Shown: positions 9,757 through 19,664, counted from the stretch's first letter. The stretch is DNA of 41,008 nucleotides from Candidatus Allobutyricicoccus pentlandensis (GCA_904398645.1 CAJFPH010000077.1:1-41008); one strand, 5' to 3'. Notes: a model not told the origin generated them from the letters alone. Made by a program: numbers and translations.

Positions 9757-10891
9757 ATGATTCTCCTATGGCACTGTGCGCGGCCAGAATGCCGGAGGCA
9801 AACGCCCAGTGTAGGTTATATCCGCCGCAGGCGCCGTCAATATCCAGCGCCTCACCCGCCGCGTAAAGACGCGGGGAAAATAAGGAACGCAGCGTGCCGG
9901 AATCAAATTCCGTAAGCGCCGCACCGCCGCGCGTGACCTGCGATTGCTTTTGATCGCCGCATCCCCGCACGGTCAGTCTAAACTTCTTGACCGTTTGCGC
10001 AAGTTTGATCGGATTGGTTCCGCCTGCCGCCCGTAACAGGGCTGCGGCTATGCGGCTGTGGAATATTCCTGTTAAAAACGTTTCTCCGCGGCGCAGGGGA
10101 TGCATGGCCGCCCGATCCGTAAAAAGCTTACATAATTCTGCATATGTGAAGTCAGGTAAAAGATCGACGGACAGTACGTCGCCAGGCTCCGCATAGCGGG
10201 AAAGATCGAAAATAACGATGCCGCTGACACCGTAATCCCGAAATAAAAGCTCACCATGCAGGGAATGGAGCGTTTTTTCGCCGCGCAGAAGTGTGACAGC
10301 ACATTTGGCACGGAGGCCGGAAAGACCGCGGATTGGTGCGGTATCAGTCTTTAACGGGCACAGTACCGGTGAAAACGGTACGATACGGTGCCCGGCGCTT
10401 TTCAGGAGCGTGGTACCGCCGCCGGTCGCTATCATTACGGCATCCCCTAGAACTGTGCGCCCGTCCGCAGCACAGATAACCCCATCCGGTAAAATACGCG
10501 TTGCCTCAAATCCACATAATGTCTGCACGCTATACTCATCACAGGAGATCCGCAATATGTCGAGCACACTGGAGGCGGCGTCACTGACTGGATAAACACG
10601 ACCCTGTTCGTCCGCATACGAAAACAGGCCGAGACCGGCAAAAAACGAACGCAGCTTGTCACATCCGATTTTGGAAATTACCGGAGCGACAAAATCCGGC
10701 GCATTGTAAGCGGCAGGAGACACGGCGGTATTCGACAAATTACAGCGCCCATTGCCGGTTTGCAGGATTTTTCTGCCTACACGGTCTGCACGTTCGAGCA
10801 CGGTGACCTGTGCGCCCAGCCGCGCCGCCGTAACGGCGGCGGCCAGTCCGGCTGCGCCGCCGCCAACTATGACAAGATGCCGTTTCGCCAT
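9749..10891 (-). CDS. HI0933/BaiN-like (aminoacetone-oxidase family) FAD flavoprotein
   Basis: VIVGGGAAGLAAA Rossmann motif followed by GRKILQTGNGRCNLSN. I chose the start at MAKRH (10891) because of an AAGGAG RBS. It overlaps the downstream gene by 8 nt. Confidence 0.8.
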   Translation of the reverse strand: MAKRHLVIVGGGAAGLAAAVTAARLGAQVTVLERADRVGRKILQTGNGRCNLSNTAVSPAAYNAPDFVAPVISKIGCDKLRSFFAGLGLFSYADEQGRVYPVSDAASSVLDILRISCDEYSVQTLCGFEATRILPDGVICAADGRTVLGDAVMIATGGGTTLLKSAGHRIVPFSPVLCPLKTDTAPIRGLSGLRAKCAVTLLRGEKTLHSLHGELLFRDYGVSGIVIFDLSRYAEPGDVLSVDLLPDFTYAELCKLFTDRAAMHPLRRGETFLTGIFHSRIAAALLRAAGGTNPIKLAQTVKKFRLTVRGCGDQKQSQVTRGGAALTEFDSGTLRSLFSPRLYAAGEALDIDGACGGYNLHWAFASGILAAHSAIGESYD

Positions 10892-11241
10892 ATCATACTC
10901 CTTTGTTGTCTGCATTCAGTCTGTGGAAGTTTGTTGAGACGCTGTGTTGCCGTCTCCACATCGTCTGCCGTTAGGCCTGTGCTTGGGATCTGTCTTTATT
11001 TGGCGCGCCGACAGTCGCATTGCGGCGGTCTTTATCCTCTAAAACTGCTCAAGCTGCCTGTTTTCAATAGTATAACACGAGCCGGATTGTGGTTCAAGCC
11101 GGTTTTCCATGCGCTGTGCCACCATACAGAGATACCACCTCACTGATTTTTTAAATGTATCTATGGTAAAAGACAGATAATGTGTTATAATATACGGCAG
11201 AGTGAGAAGAAACGAAAAACTTTATCAGTGGGAGGTGCGCT

Positions 11242-13026
11242 ATGGCGCTGAAGAGTAGAAAGGAAATGGATCCTCAATATATGTGGGATCTTTCGCATAT
11301 TTTCCCGACACGTGAGGCGTGGGAAAAAGCATATCAGGAGGCGGAGGCTCTTGTAAACCGGGTTCCGAAAGTGGCGGGAACCCTGGGCGATTCGGCAGAC
11401 AGTTTGCTGGCGGGACTGAACGTGGTGATTGACGCGTTGCGCGCGGTAGAACTGGTTTACCTCTATGCGTCGCTGAACAAGTCGGGCGATCAGGGCGACG
11501 CGGAGGCGCAGACTCTGGAAGCCCGCGCGGTAACGCTGTATGTCAAATTGAGTACGGTAACCTCCTTTGTTGACCCTGAAATCCTGGCGATCCCGGAGGA
11601 TAAGCTGGCGGCTTATATGGCTGACCCCCGGCTTGCCGTCTACCGTCAGTATCTCCGTAATACGGCCCGGTCCCGTCCGCACACGCTGGACGCGGAGCGC
11701 GAGCGCATGCTTGCCATGTTGGGCGATGCGGCACAGTCTCCGTCAAACAGCTTTGACATGCTGGAAGCTGTTGACATTACGTTTCCGGACATTACGGATG
11801 AAAAGGGCGAACAGGTAACGTTAACGCACGGAAATTTCGGTGTGTTCCGTGAGAGCACGGACCGCCGTGTCCGCCGCGAGGCGTTTGAAACGTATTTCGG
11901 CGAATTCCGTAAGTTTCAAAATACATTGGCGGCTATGTATGCCGGCTCTGTAAAGTTTGACTGTTATTACGCGGACGTGCGCAATTTTGACAGTGCGCTT
12001 GCGCGAGCTCTTTTTGTAAGCAACGTCCCGGTTACAGTTTATGATGCGTTGGTTGAGGCTATCCACGGCGGACTGCCGGTTATGCGCCGCTATTTGGATC
12101 TGCGCCGCCGTGTGTTGGGACTGGAAGAACTGCATCTCTATGATCTTTATACCCCCATGGTGGACAACATTGACTTTACGATGCCGTATGAGGATGCAAA
12201 GGTACTTGTAAAGAAGGCATTGGCGCCGCTTGGTGAAGTATACGCCGCATTGCTGGATAAAGCTTTTCACGAAAAGTGGATTGACGTCTATGAAAACCAC
12301 GGCAAAACGACCGGCGCGTTCTCGTGCGGCGTTTACGGCGTGCATCCGTACGTCCTTTTGAACTATACCGATACGCTCGATGACGCCTTTACTCTGGCGC
12401 ATGAACTTGGTCACGCCATGCATTCCTATAAGTCGAGCGAAGCCCAGGAGTATGTCAATCATGAATACGAGATCCTGGTGGCTGAGGTGGCTTCGACAGT
12501 CAATGAGGTGCTGTTGACAAAGTATCTGCTGTCTGTTGAGACGGACGCGCGCCGCCGCGCATATATTCTGAATCACTTCCTGGAGGGCTTCCGTACCACG
12601 GTATTCCGTCAGACCCTTTTTGCAGAGTTCGAGCGCCGGGCGCATGAAATGTACCAGTCCGGCCAGCCGCTGACGGCACAGAGCCTCTCTGCCGAATACC
12701 ACGCGCTGAATGACCTGTATTATGCCGGCGCAGTCAATGACGAGATAATGGATATTGAGTGGGCGCGTATACCGCACTTTTACAACGCATTTTATGTTTA
12801 CCAATATGCGACGGGCTTTTGCAGTGCAGTTGCCATTGCAAACAATATTCTGACGACGGGTGACGCCGGCCGTTACCTGAAATTCCTGACGACGGGCGGC
12901 AGCGATTATCCGCTGGAGGAGTTGAAAATTGCAGGCGTTGACCTGACAAAGCCTGATACGGTGCAAAGCGCTCTGAAAGTGTTTGATGAAACACTTGATG
13001 AGCTGGAAAGCGTGTTAAATTTATAA
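11242..13026 (+). CDS. pepF: Oligoendopeptidase F (M3B metallopeptidase)
   Basis: HELGHAMH zinc motif, ~594 aa, GGGAGG RBS. A TGtTATAAT extended -10 lies ~50 nt upstream. Confidence 0.9.
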   Translation: MALKSRKEMDPQYMWDLSHIFPTREAWEKAYQEAEALVNRVPKVAGTLGDSADSLLAGLNVVIDALRAVELVYLYASLNKSGDQGDAEAQTLEARAVTLYVKLSTVTSFVDPEILAIPEDKLAAYMADPRLAVYRQYLRNTARSRPHTLDAERERMLAMLGDAAQSPSNSFDMLEAVDITFPDITDEKGEQVTLTHGNFGVFRESTDRRVRREAFETYFGEFRKFQNTLAAMYAGSVKFDCYYADVRNFDSALARALFVSNVPVTVYDALVEAIHGGLPVMRRYLDLRRRVLGLEELHLYDLYTPMVDNIDFTMPYEDAKVLVKKALAPLGEVYAALLDKAFHEKWIDVYENHGKTTGAFSCGVYGVHPYVLLNYTDTLDDAFTLAHELGHAMHSYKSSEAQEYVNHEYEILVAEVASTVNEVLLTKYLLSVETDARRRAYILNHFLEGFRTTVFRQTLFAEFERRAHEMYQSGQPLTAQSLSAEYHALNDLYYAGAVNDEIMDIEWARIPHFYNAFYVYQYATGFCSAVAIANNILTTGDAGRYLKFLTTGGSDYPLEELKIAGVDLTKPDTVQSALKVFDETLDELESVLNL

Positions 13027-13031
13027 GGATA

Positions 13032-13070
13032 AACGCCGGACTGGATTTTGCCCTGTCCGGCGTTTTTATT
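13032..13070 (+). terminator. Intrinsic terminator after pepF
   Basis: AACGCCGGA...TCCGGCGTT hairpin followed by TTTTATT. Confidence 0.75.
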
Positions 13071-13152
13071 TACCATGGTACGTCCGTCGGGGAGCGGGGA
13101 TACAAAATGGTCTGAATGAAATTGAATAAAGAGTCAAAAATTGACGTCCATA

Positions 13153-13181
13153 TTGACGAAATCCTGTACAGTCTGTATAAT
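13153..13181 (+). promoter_or_regulatory. Sigma-A promoter for the serine hydrolase gene
   Basis: TTGACG, a 17-nt spacer, then TATAAT. A second TTGACG copy lies 12 nt upstream. Confidence 0.6.
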
Positions 13182-13204
13182 AACAACAGACTAAGACCGA
13201 AAGG

Positions 13205-14383
13205 ATGGGCGTTACTATGGCTGGAAGAAAGGCAATGGACGAACTGCTCTCTAATTTTGTGAAGACGGGCCCGGCAGGTTGCGGGTGTATTGTCACAAAA
13301 GACGGCGAGCGCATTTACGAGAACTATTTTGGAATTGAGAACATCAACACGGGCAAGCCAATTGATGCGGAATCTATTTACCGTCTCTTTTCCATGACGA
13401 AAGTAATTATCTGTACCGCCGCAATGAAACTTTTTGAAGAGGGTAAGTTTCTTTTAAATGACCCGATCTACGAATACTTCCCCGAGTGGCGTAACACGCA
13501 AAAGGTTGTGTATCATCCAAACGGCAACTACGATATTGTTCCGGTGGAGCATCCCATATTGGTCAAGCACGCTTTTTCCATGGCAATGGGGATCGGCTAC
13601 GGCGGCAATGACGCCACGCATCAGAAGGCTGCGGAGGTGCGCCGCCGCCTGCGTGAAGCAAAGGGGAAGTATTATACCTTGCGCGAAGATATCGCCGCTA
13701 TGAGTGAAGTGCCGGTTGCCTTTGAACCGGGGACACACTTCCTCTATGGGTTTGGCCATGAGATGGTGGCGGGGCTGATTGAAGTCTGCTCTGGAATGAC
13801 AGTCGGCGAATACCTGAAAAAACACATTTTTGAGCCGCTTGGCATGACGCGTACCGGCTATCGCTTCTTTGGGAATGTAACCGACCATTTGGTGACGCCG
13901 TGCCGCCGGGAGGAGGACGGCTCCCTCGTTCAAGTGCCGGCAATGATGGATGAAAACATGCAGCCCGATGCGACGTATGAAGCAGGAGGCGCAGGTCTCT
14001 TTTCGACAGTCAGTGATTATTCCAAGTTCGTTGCAACGCTTGCGAACGGCGGCATTATGCCGGACGGCGAGCAGCTTATTGGCCGTAAGACCATTGATTT
14101 GCTGCGCGATAACCAGTTTAATGCCGACCAATTAAAAGAACTGCGCAATTTTTATAACGCGGGTTATGGCTATGGACTTGGCGTACGAACGATGATGGGT
14201 CGTGCGCTTGGCAATTCCAACGGCACTCCCGGTGAATTTGGCTGGACGGGCGCGATGGGGACTTATACACTCATCGATCCGGAAGAAAACTTTACGACGA
14301 CTTATATGCATCAGATGATGCCGAATATGGAGGAGTATCATCATCTGCGCGTGCGCGCCGTAGCGTACGGTATGCTGCGCTGA
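13205..14383 (+). CDS. Serine hydrolase, beta-lactamase/PBP4*-like family
   Basis: SxxK motif (FSMTK) near the N-terminus and class-C beta-lactamase-like length. The true start may be 13217 or 13235. Confidence 0.8.
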   Translation: MGVTMAGRKAMDELLSNFVKTGPAGCGCIVTKDGERIYENYFGIENINTGKPIDAESIYRLFSMTKVIICTAAMKLFEEGKFLLNDPIYEYFPEWRNTQKVVYHPNGNYDIVPVEHPILVKHAFSMAMGIGYGGNDATHQKAAEVRRRLREAKGKYYTLREDIAAMSEVPVAFEPGTHFLYGFGHEMVAGLIEVCSGMTVGEYLKKHIFEPLGMTRTGYRFFGNVTDHLVTPCRREEDGSLVQVPAMMDENMQPDATYEAGGAGLFSTVSDYSKFVATLANGGIMPDGEQLIGRKTIDLLRDNQFNADQLKELRNFYNAGYGYGLGVRTMMGRALGNSNGTPGEFGWTGAMGTYTLIDPEENFTTTYMHQMMPNMEEYHHLRVRAVAYGMLR

Positions 14384-14437
14384 CGATTGACCTGTGAGCC
14401 GCTTGCATATGATTTATGGGTGAAAACGGAGGATACT

Positions 14438-15130
14438 ATGAATATTCTAGTCCTGAATGGCAGCCCAAAGACAGAGAAAAGCGACACGATGTATGTGACG
14501 CGCGCGTTTCTCGAGGGTATGAATTGTGACTGTGAAAATAGCGTTCGGATTATAGATGTCATTCGCCTGTAAGTCCTTCCTTGCAGAGGTTGTTTTGCCT
14601 GCTGGTATTCGGAAAAGAAAAGCTGTATTCAAAAAGACGATATGCAGACAATTATGGAGGCGGTGATTGCGGCTGATTTGATTATCTGGAGTTTCCCCCT
14701 TTATTATTTCGGAATGCCTTCTCACCTGAAGGCGGTTTGCGACCGTATGCTGCCGTTGGTTTCGATGAAAATGCAAACGGTGGGGGAAACCGTTCAGCAT
14801 GTGGCGCGGTACGACTTTTCCCAAAAAAGGTATGTTATGATATCCGGATGCGGATTTCCGAACTTTGAAAATAACTTCAAACCGGTGCTTATGCAGTTTT
14901 ATAACCTGTACGGCGATCGGTTGACGGCTATTACGGTGCCGGAATCCCCCATGTTTCAAGTACCCGATGCGGCTCCTGTCACAAAACCGTTTTTGGAGAA
15001 GGTAGTGTCAGCAGGCAGGGAGTATGCAAGGGAGGGAAAGCTCTCGGAAGAGACGAAAACGCAACTTCATATTCCCATGATTCCAAATGAGACCTACATA
15101 CAAATCGTAAACGCACAGGCGAAAGACTGA
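14438..15130 (+). pseudogene. Iron-sulfur flavoprotein (Isf)/NADPH-FMN-reductase family gene interrupted by an in-frame TAA
   Basis: ORFs 14387-14572 and 14642-15130 are in the same frame. Reading through the TAA at 14570-14572 gives ...IIDVIRL*VLPCRGCFACWYSEKKSCIQKDDMQTIMEAVIAADLIIWSFPLYYFGMP. That is a continuous flavodoxin-like fold with a CX2CX2CX7C cluster motif. Confidence 0.75.
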
Positions 15131-15144
15131 AAGAAACGCCTGCT

Positions 15145-15183
15145 AATACAAAGCCCCGGACAATTTGTCCGGGGCTTTGTATT
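15145..15183. terminator. Bidirectional terminator between convergent genes
   Basis: AATACAAAGCCCCGGACA-ATTTG-TCCGGGGCTTTGTATT perfect hairpin. Confidence 0.8.
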
Positions 15184-15244
15184 GAACGTAACCGCCTTTG
15201 ACAGCGGACCGCACCATGACTTTGCCTCGTGTGATACCGGAGAA

Positions 15245-15862
15245 CTATTCTTCCGAAATCCCAAGTTCCAGCGCAGAAGCGGTAGCAATCGAGACTTCAT
15301 ATGCCGTACGCTCTTCCGCCCTGCCGTCTATGACTTTAATATAGTTTCTGCTTTGGATACGGCCTTCCAGTTCAATGGTACTTTTGGGGGGAAGAGAGGC
15401 GCACAGGCGGGCAACACTTCCCCAGGCAATGCAGGGAATATAATCGCAACGATGGATACTTCCGGTGGTATACTCACGCTCAACGCAAAGCATCATGTCG
15501 GCAATTTCACGCCCAAATGGCGTGCGGCGATAAACTGCCGGTTTACATAAGGTTCCAATTAAATGGACGGTATTTGCATGAGGCTCGTCGCAAACTGTTA
15601 TTTCTCGTGCCCATGCGCTGATTTTCAAACGATTATGTTCGGCCTCACGGTCATTATAGGAACGCAGTTCGCCTGCCAGAGAAATGGTCATGTGCTCGGA
15701 AAGCCCTGTGCAGAGAGTGGCGGGTGCAATAATGCGAATGGTATCGTATGTACCGGAGAGCCGCTGAATGGCGAGAGGAAAAGTAAAAAATTCGCGGTTA
15801 TGGTTTACATGGGACAGGACAGGCGCGGCTTCTATATCGCCGCAGAGTTTGATTTGATTCAT
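15245..15862 (-). CDS. SSB-like protein with two OB folds
   Basis: Both halves fit the SSB OB pattern (I-x-L-x-G ... W ... GxxxSR/Y). The second half reads HLIGTLCKPAVYRRTPFGREIADMML...CIAWGSVA...ELEGRIQSRNY. There is no acidic C-terminal tip. The ATG at 15862 has GAGAGG upstream. Confidence 0.6.
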   Translation of the reverse strand: MNQIKLCGDIEAAPVLSHVNHNREFFTFPLAIQRLSGTYDTIRIIAPATLCTGLSEHMTISLAGELRSYNDREAEHNRLKISAWAREITVCDEPHANTVHLIGTLCKPAVYRRTPFGREIADMMLCVEREYTTGSIHRCDYIPCIAWGSVARLCASLPPKSTIELEGRIQSRNYIKVIDGRAEERTAYEVSIATASALELGISEE

Positions 15863-16064
15863 AGCAGGCACCTCTCATGTGATTTGTCTCATATCTATGC
15901 GCCTGTCCACAGGAATAGACCTGTATCTGTTTTGAGACACAGCTGTTTGTATCTACTTAAGATATTGTCAAAATGACTGGATTTTTTAGTTATGCGAGGC
16001 TATAATATCAATGTAAGGATGGACACTTGTAGCCGACGTTTGAAAGTATGCAAAGGAGAGGCTT

Positions 16065-17882
16065 ATGAATTATGACACCATGCGCAGGGACATGCTGAAG
16101 GGCTTTAATACCTATGATACCTATTCTGTGTTGTCGCATGTGCTGTTGCCGGAAGGATTTGCAATCCGCCTTGGGTTAAAAAATCGTGTAGACAAAAGCA
16201 TCCTGCGCAATGCGCTGATTGGGCGTTTTGGTGATCAGGAAGAACATATTCATCCGGGTGTGCGGACAGTAGACGGGTCCTATACGCAGCTTGAGTTGGA
16301 ATACCGGGGCGCGAAGCTTCGCATACGCTCCGCCGCGCAGGACCGGGATCAGTATATCCTGATTGAACCGGAAAATGAGCGGTGTCGTGAACTGATCCTT
16401 TTTATGGAATGCGGCTTTTTGTGGAACCGGCCCGGCGCGGCATACCTGCGTGGCGATTGTATCGAAGGCGTGACGGACGGCGGCTCCATACGTGTCTATA
16501 TGACCGGGTCCGATACGCGGGAACTACATCTCGGCGGTTTTGGCGTGACGCGTGTCAGCGATTTGAATGAACCGGTCGCGGTTTCGACCGGTCGTGCGGC
16601 AACAGTAGATGAAGTGCGTGCACGGATAGAGCGTGCATGTATGGCGGCACAGGTGAGCGCATCGAAGTATGGCGAGCTTGCGGAAGCGTATGTTGCCATG
16701 CGGACAGGCTATGCCTGGAATACGATTTATGAGCCGGAACATCAACGTATTTGCTCGCCTGTCAGCCGAATCTGGAATATCAATTGGGGTGGCTATGTAC
16801 TGTTCGACTGGGATACGTATTTTTGTGCACTGATGGCGTCTCCGGAGTCACGCGAACTGGCGTACGCAAATGCTTTTGCCATCACAAATGAGGCGACGGA
16901 ACGCGGCTTTATACCAAATTTCGGCGCGGCCGGGGATAATAAAAGCCGAGATCGCTCGCAGCCTCCGGTGGGCGCCATGACATTCCGCGAGCTATATCGG
17001 CGATATGGAGAGAAGTGGATTTTAGAAGAAAGCTTCGATACGCTGCTTTCCTGGAACCGCTGGTTTGCCGAAAACCGTATGTTGAAAAATGGGACAATGT
17101 GCTGGGGTTCCGATCAGATAGCGCAGCCCTTTGCAAGCTTTGACGTCAATAATCATCAGGCGGCGGAGTATGAATCGGGCCTTGATAATTCGCCGATGTT
17201 TGACGGCGCTTTATTTGACCCGGAAACGGGACTGATGCAGTTGGCGGACGTGGGCCTTACGGGCTTATACTGTATGGACTGCGAGGCCCTGGCGGATATC
17301 GCACGTATTTTGGACCGCAGCGAGCGGGAAGAAATTCTGGAGAGGGGCAGGCGTGCTGACCACGGTATGCAGACATTGTGGGATGAGGAGGCCGGCATGT
17401 TTTTAAACCGGGATCTCACGACGGGGGAGCTTTCCCATCGAATGGGACCGACAAATTTTTATGCGGGTTTCTGTCCGTCTGTCACGCCGCAGCAGGCAGA
17501 ACGCCTGTGCGCACACTACTTTAATCCGCAGGAGTTTTACGGGGAGTATGTAATTCCTACCATTGCGCGCAATGATCCGGCGTATTCCGATCAGATGTAT
17601 TGGCGTGGACGTATTTGGGCGCCGACGAATTTTCTGGCGTATCTTGCGTTCCGGCGTATGGGCGCGTACGATGTCTGCCGTGACCTTGCGGAAAAATCAG
17701 CTTCGCTGATTTTAAAAGAATGGCGCAAATACGGGCATATTCACGAAAACTACTCCGGCGATGACGGCTGGGGTTGTCCGAACCCGAGAAGCGATAAATT
17801 TTATCATTGGGGAGGACTTTTGACGCTGATTGCCTTGATCGAAGCCGGCTATGTGGAAGCGCCCGAAGGACTCCTGGATTAA
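16065..17882 (+). CDS. Glycoside hydrolase, (alpha/alpha)6-barrel GH63/trehalase-like family
   Basis: Motifs DWDTYF, ESGLDNSPMFD, YWRGRIWAPTNF and HENYSGDDG are typical of the GH63/GH37-like clan. AAAGGAGAGG RBS. Confidence 0.75.
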   Translation: MNYDTMRRDMLKGFNTYDTYSVLSHVLLPEGFAIRLGLKNRVDKSILRNALIGRFGDQEEHIHPGVRTVDGSYTQLELEYRGAKLRIRSAAQDRDQYILIEPENERCRELILFMECGFLWNRPGAAYLRGDCIEGVTDGGSIRVYMTGSDTRELHLGGFGVTRVSDLNEPVAVSTGRAATVDEVRARIERACMAAQVSASKYGELAEAYVAMRTGYAWNTIYEPEHQRICSPVSRIWNINWGGYVLFDWDTYFCALMASPESRELAYANAFAITNEATERGFIPNFGAAGDNKSRDRSQPPVGAMTFRELYRRYGEKWILEESFDTLLSWNRWFAENRMLKNGTMCWGSDQIAQPFASFDVNNHQAAEYESGLDNSPMFDGALFDPETGLMQLADVGLTGLYCMDCEALADIARILDRSEREEILERGRRADHGMQTLWDEEAGMFLNRDLTTGELSHRMGPTNFYAGFCPSVTPQQAERLCAHYFNPQEFYGEYVIPTIARNDPAYSDQMYWRGRIWAPTNFLAYLAFRRMGAYDVCRDLAEKSASLILKEWRKYGHIHENYSGDDGWGCPNPRSDKFYHWGGLLTLIALIEAGYVEAPEGLLD

Positions 17883-17909
17883 AACCTACAAAAACACTCG
17901 GATTTATGG

Positions 17910-17938
17910 TTGACAAATGTAGACGAAAATGATATACT
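17910..17938 (+). promoter_or_regulatory. Sigma-A promoter for the sufC-like operon
   Basis: TTGACA, a 17-nt spacer, then TATACT. Confidence 0.65.
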
Positions 17939-17974
17939 TTATTTGCAGAAAAAAACGGATGGAGAGGAACTGCA

Positions 17975-18706
17975 ATGCTGGAAATCAAAAATTTGAGCTT
18001 TCGTGTCGACGGCGATGCCGGGCATGAGCTCGAAATTATCGATAACGTCAGCCTGCGTGTAGACGACGGCGAGTTTGTTGTTGTCACCGGTCCCAATGGC
18101 GGCGGGAAAAGTACGCTTGCCCGGCTGATTATGGGTATTGAGCAACCAACGGAGGGTGTGATCCTTTTTAATGGCAGAGATATTACGCATCTAAGCGTCA
18201 CGGAACGTGCGCGGCTCGGTATTGGCTATGCGTTTCAGCAGCCGCCGCGCTTTAAGGGACTGACGGTGCGCAAGCTCTTGAGCCTGGCCCATGGCAGCAC
18301 GCTTCCGGAGGATGTTTGCTGTAATTATTTGACAGAGGTAGGGCTCTGCTCGAAGGATTATTTAAATCGTGAGCTGGACTCGTCGCTTTCCGGCGGAGAG
18401 GTAAAGCGCATTGAAATTGCAACTTTAATGGCACGCAATCCGGGACTGGCTATTTTTGACGAGCCGGAGGCCGGAATTGACTTGTGGAGCTTTGCCATGC
18501 TGGTGGATACTTTCAAAAAAATGCATGATAAGGGCGAAAATAGTATTATGATTATCTCTCACCAAGAGCGGATTATGATGCTGGCCGACCGTATACTGGT
18601 AATCGATCATGGCCGTGTTCGCACGGATGGATCGCGCGGAGCAGTACTTCCGACGCTGCTGGGAGAGTTTGCATGCGAATGTGATTTCAGGGAGGCGGCA
18701 AAATGA
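17975..18706 (+). CDS. sufC: SufC-like Fe-S cluster assembly ATPase
   Basis: Walker A GPNGGGKST, signature LSGGEVKR, Walker B IFDEPEAGID and H-loop ISHQ. Confidence 0.85.
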   Translation: MLEIKNLSFRVDGDAGHELEIIDNVSLRVDDGEFVVVTGPNGGGKSTLARLIMGIEQPTEGVILFNGRDITHLSVTERARLGIGYAFQQPPRFKGLTVRKLLSLAHGSTLPEDVCCNYLTEVGLCSKDYLNRELDSSLSGGEVKRIEIATLMARNPGLAIFDEPEAGIDLWSFAMLVDTFKKMHDKGENSIMIISHQERIMMLADRILVIDHGRVRTDGSRGAVLPTLLGEFACECDFREAAK

Positions 18707-19623
18707 TTTCCAAAATAGATTTTGAACTGCTGGAACAGATCGCCGGACTACATGAAATTCCGGCGGGCGCCTACAATATTCGAAAAAACAGCGAGGGAGC
18801 CGGACGAAACTCGACGGAGAATATTATTATTACGACGAAAGAGGACAAGCCCGGCATAGATATTCACATTAAACCAGGCACCAAAAATGAGAGCGTGCAT
18901 ATCCCGGTCATCATTACGGAGGCCGGTATTACGGAGACTGTTTATAACGATTTCTATGTGGGTGAGGGCGCGGACGTTTTGATTGTTGCAGGATGCGGCA
19001 TTCATAATGGCGGCGACGATAAAAGTGAGCATGACGGCATTCACCGTTTTTTTGTCGGAAAGAACGCACATGTAAAATATGTGGAAAAGCATTACGGCGA
19101 GGGTGATGGCAGCGGCGAGCGCGTGATGAATCCAACGACGATACTGGAGTTGGAGGAAAACGCGGTTTGCGAGTTGGAAATGGTGCAAATCAAGGGCATC
19201 GATTCAACGGTTCGCTCCACAACGGCAAATCTGGCGCGCGGCGCTAAAATTATCGTCACGGAGCGTCTGATGACGCATGGGCGGCAGTTGGCCCGCTCCG
19301 ATATGGAAGTGAATTTAAACGGCGAGGGTTCTTCCGCGCAGATTGTCTCGCGTTCCGTTGGACGTGACAGCTCAGAACAGATTTTTAATCCGCGCGCTGT
19401 TGGGAATCAGGCGTGCGCCGCACACATTCAATGTGACTCCATTATTATGGATCAGGCGCGAATTCGTTCCATTCCGGAGATTGCGGCCAATCATGCTGAG
19501 GCACAGATTGTTCATGAAGCAGCCATTGGACGTATTAACAACGACCAGCTTGTGAAGTTGATGTCTTTTGGAATGGACGAGCAGGAGGCGGAAGAGGTTA
19601 TTATTCAGGGCTTCCTGCGGTAA
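18703..19623 (+). CDS. Short SufB/SufD-family Fe-S scaffold protein
   Basis: C-terminal SufBD beta-helix signature (ANHAEAQIVHEAAIGRINNDQLVKLMSFGMDEQEAEEVIIQGFL). Only 306 aa. ATGA-coupled to sufC. Confidence 0.8.
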   Translation: MISKIDFELLEQIAGLHEIPAGAYNIRKNSEGAGRNSTENIIITTKEDKPGIDIHIKPGTKNESVHIPVIITEAGITETVYNDFYVGEGADVLIVAGCGIHNGGDDKSEHDGIHRFFVGKNAHVKYVEKHYGEGDGSGERVMNPTTILELEENAVCELEMVQIKGIDSTVRSTTANLARGAKIIVTERLMTHGRQLARSDMEVNLNGEGSSAQIVSRSVGRDSSEQIFNPRAVGNQACAAHIQCDSIIMDQARIRSIPEIAANHAEAQIVHEAAIGRINNDQLVKLMSFGMDEQEAEEVIIQGFLR

Positions 19624-19629
19624 AGTGCA

Positions 19630-19664
19630 AATCGGAGGCCGGCGGTATACGCCGGCCTCCGATT
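19630..19664 (+). terminator. Hairpin terminator after the suf-like pair
   Basis: AATCGGAGGCCGGCG-GTATA-CGCCGGCCTCCGATT. The T-tract is weak. Confidence 0.65.

Noticed and set aside
10760-11146. 128-aa ORF in the divergent intergenic region before pepF
   Set aside because: No RBS, odd Cys/Arg-rich composition, and overlap with the 5' end of the flavoprotein gene. More likely a promoter region.
11821-12966. 381-aa ORF on the - strand
   Set aside because: It is entirely antisense to the confidently identified pepF. It is Arg/Cys/Ile-rich with no motifs and no RBS, which is a typical shadow ORF in a GC-rich gene.
14570-14572. Recoding (selenocysteine or pyrrolysine) as the explanation for the in-frame stop in the Isf-like gene
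   Set aside because: The codon is TAA, not TGA or TAG, and no SECIS- or PYLIS-like element is evident. A nonsense mutation or base-call error is simpler.
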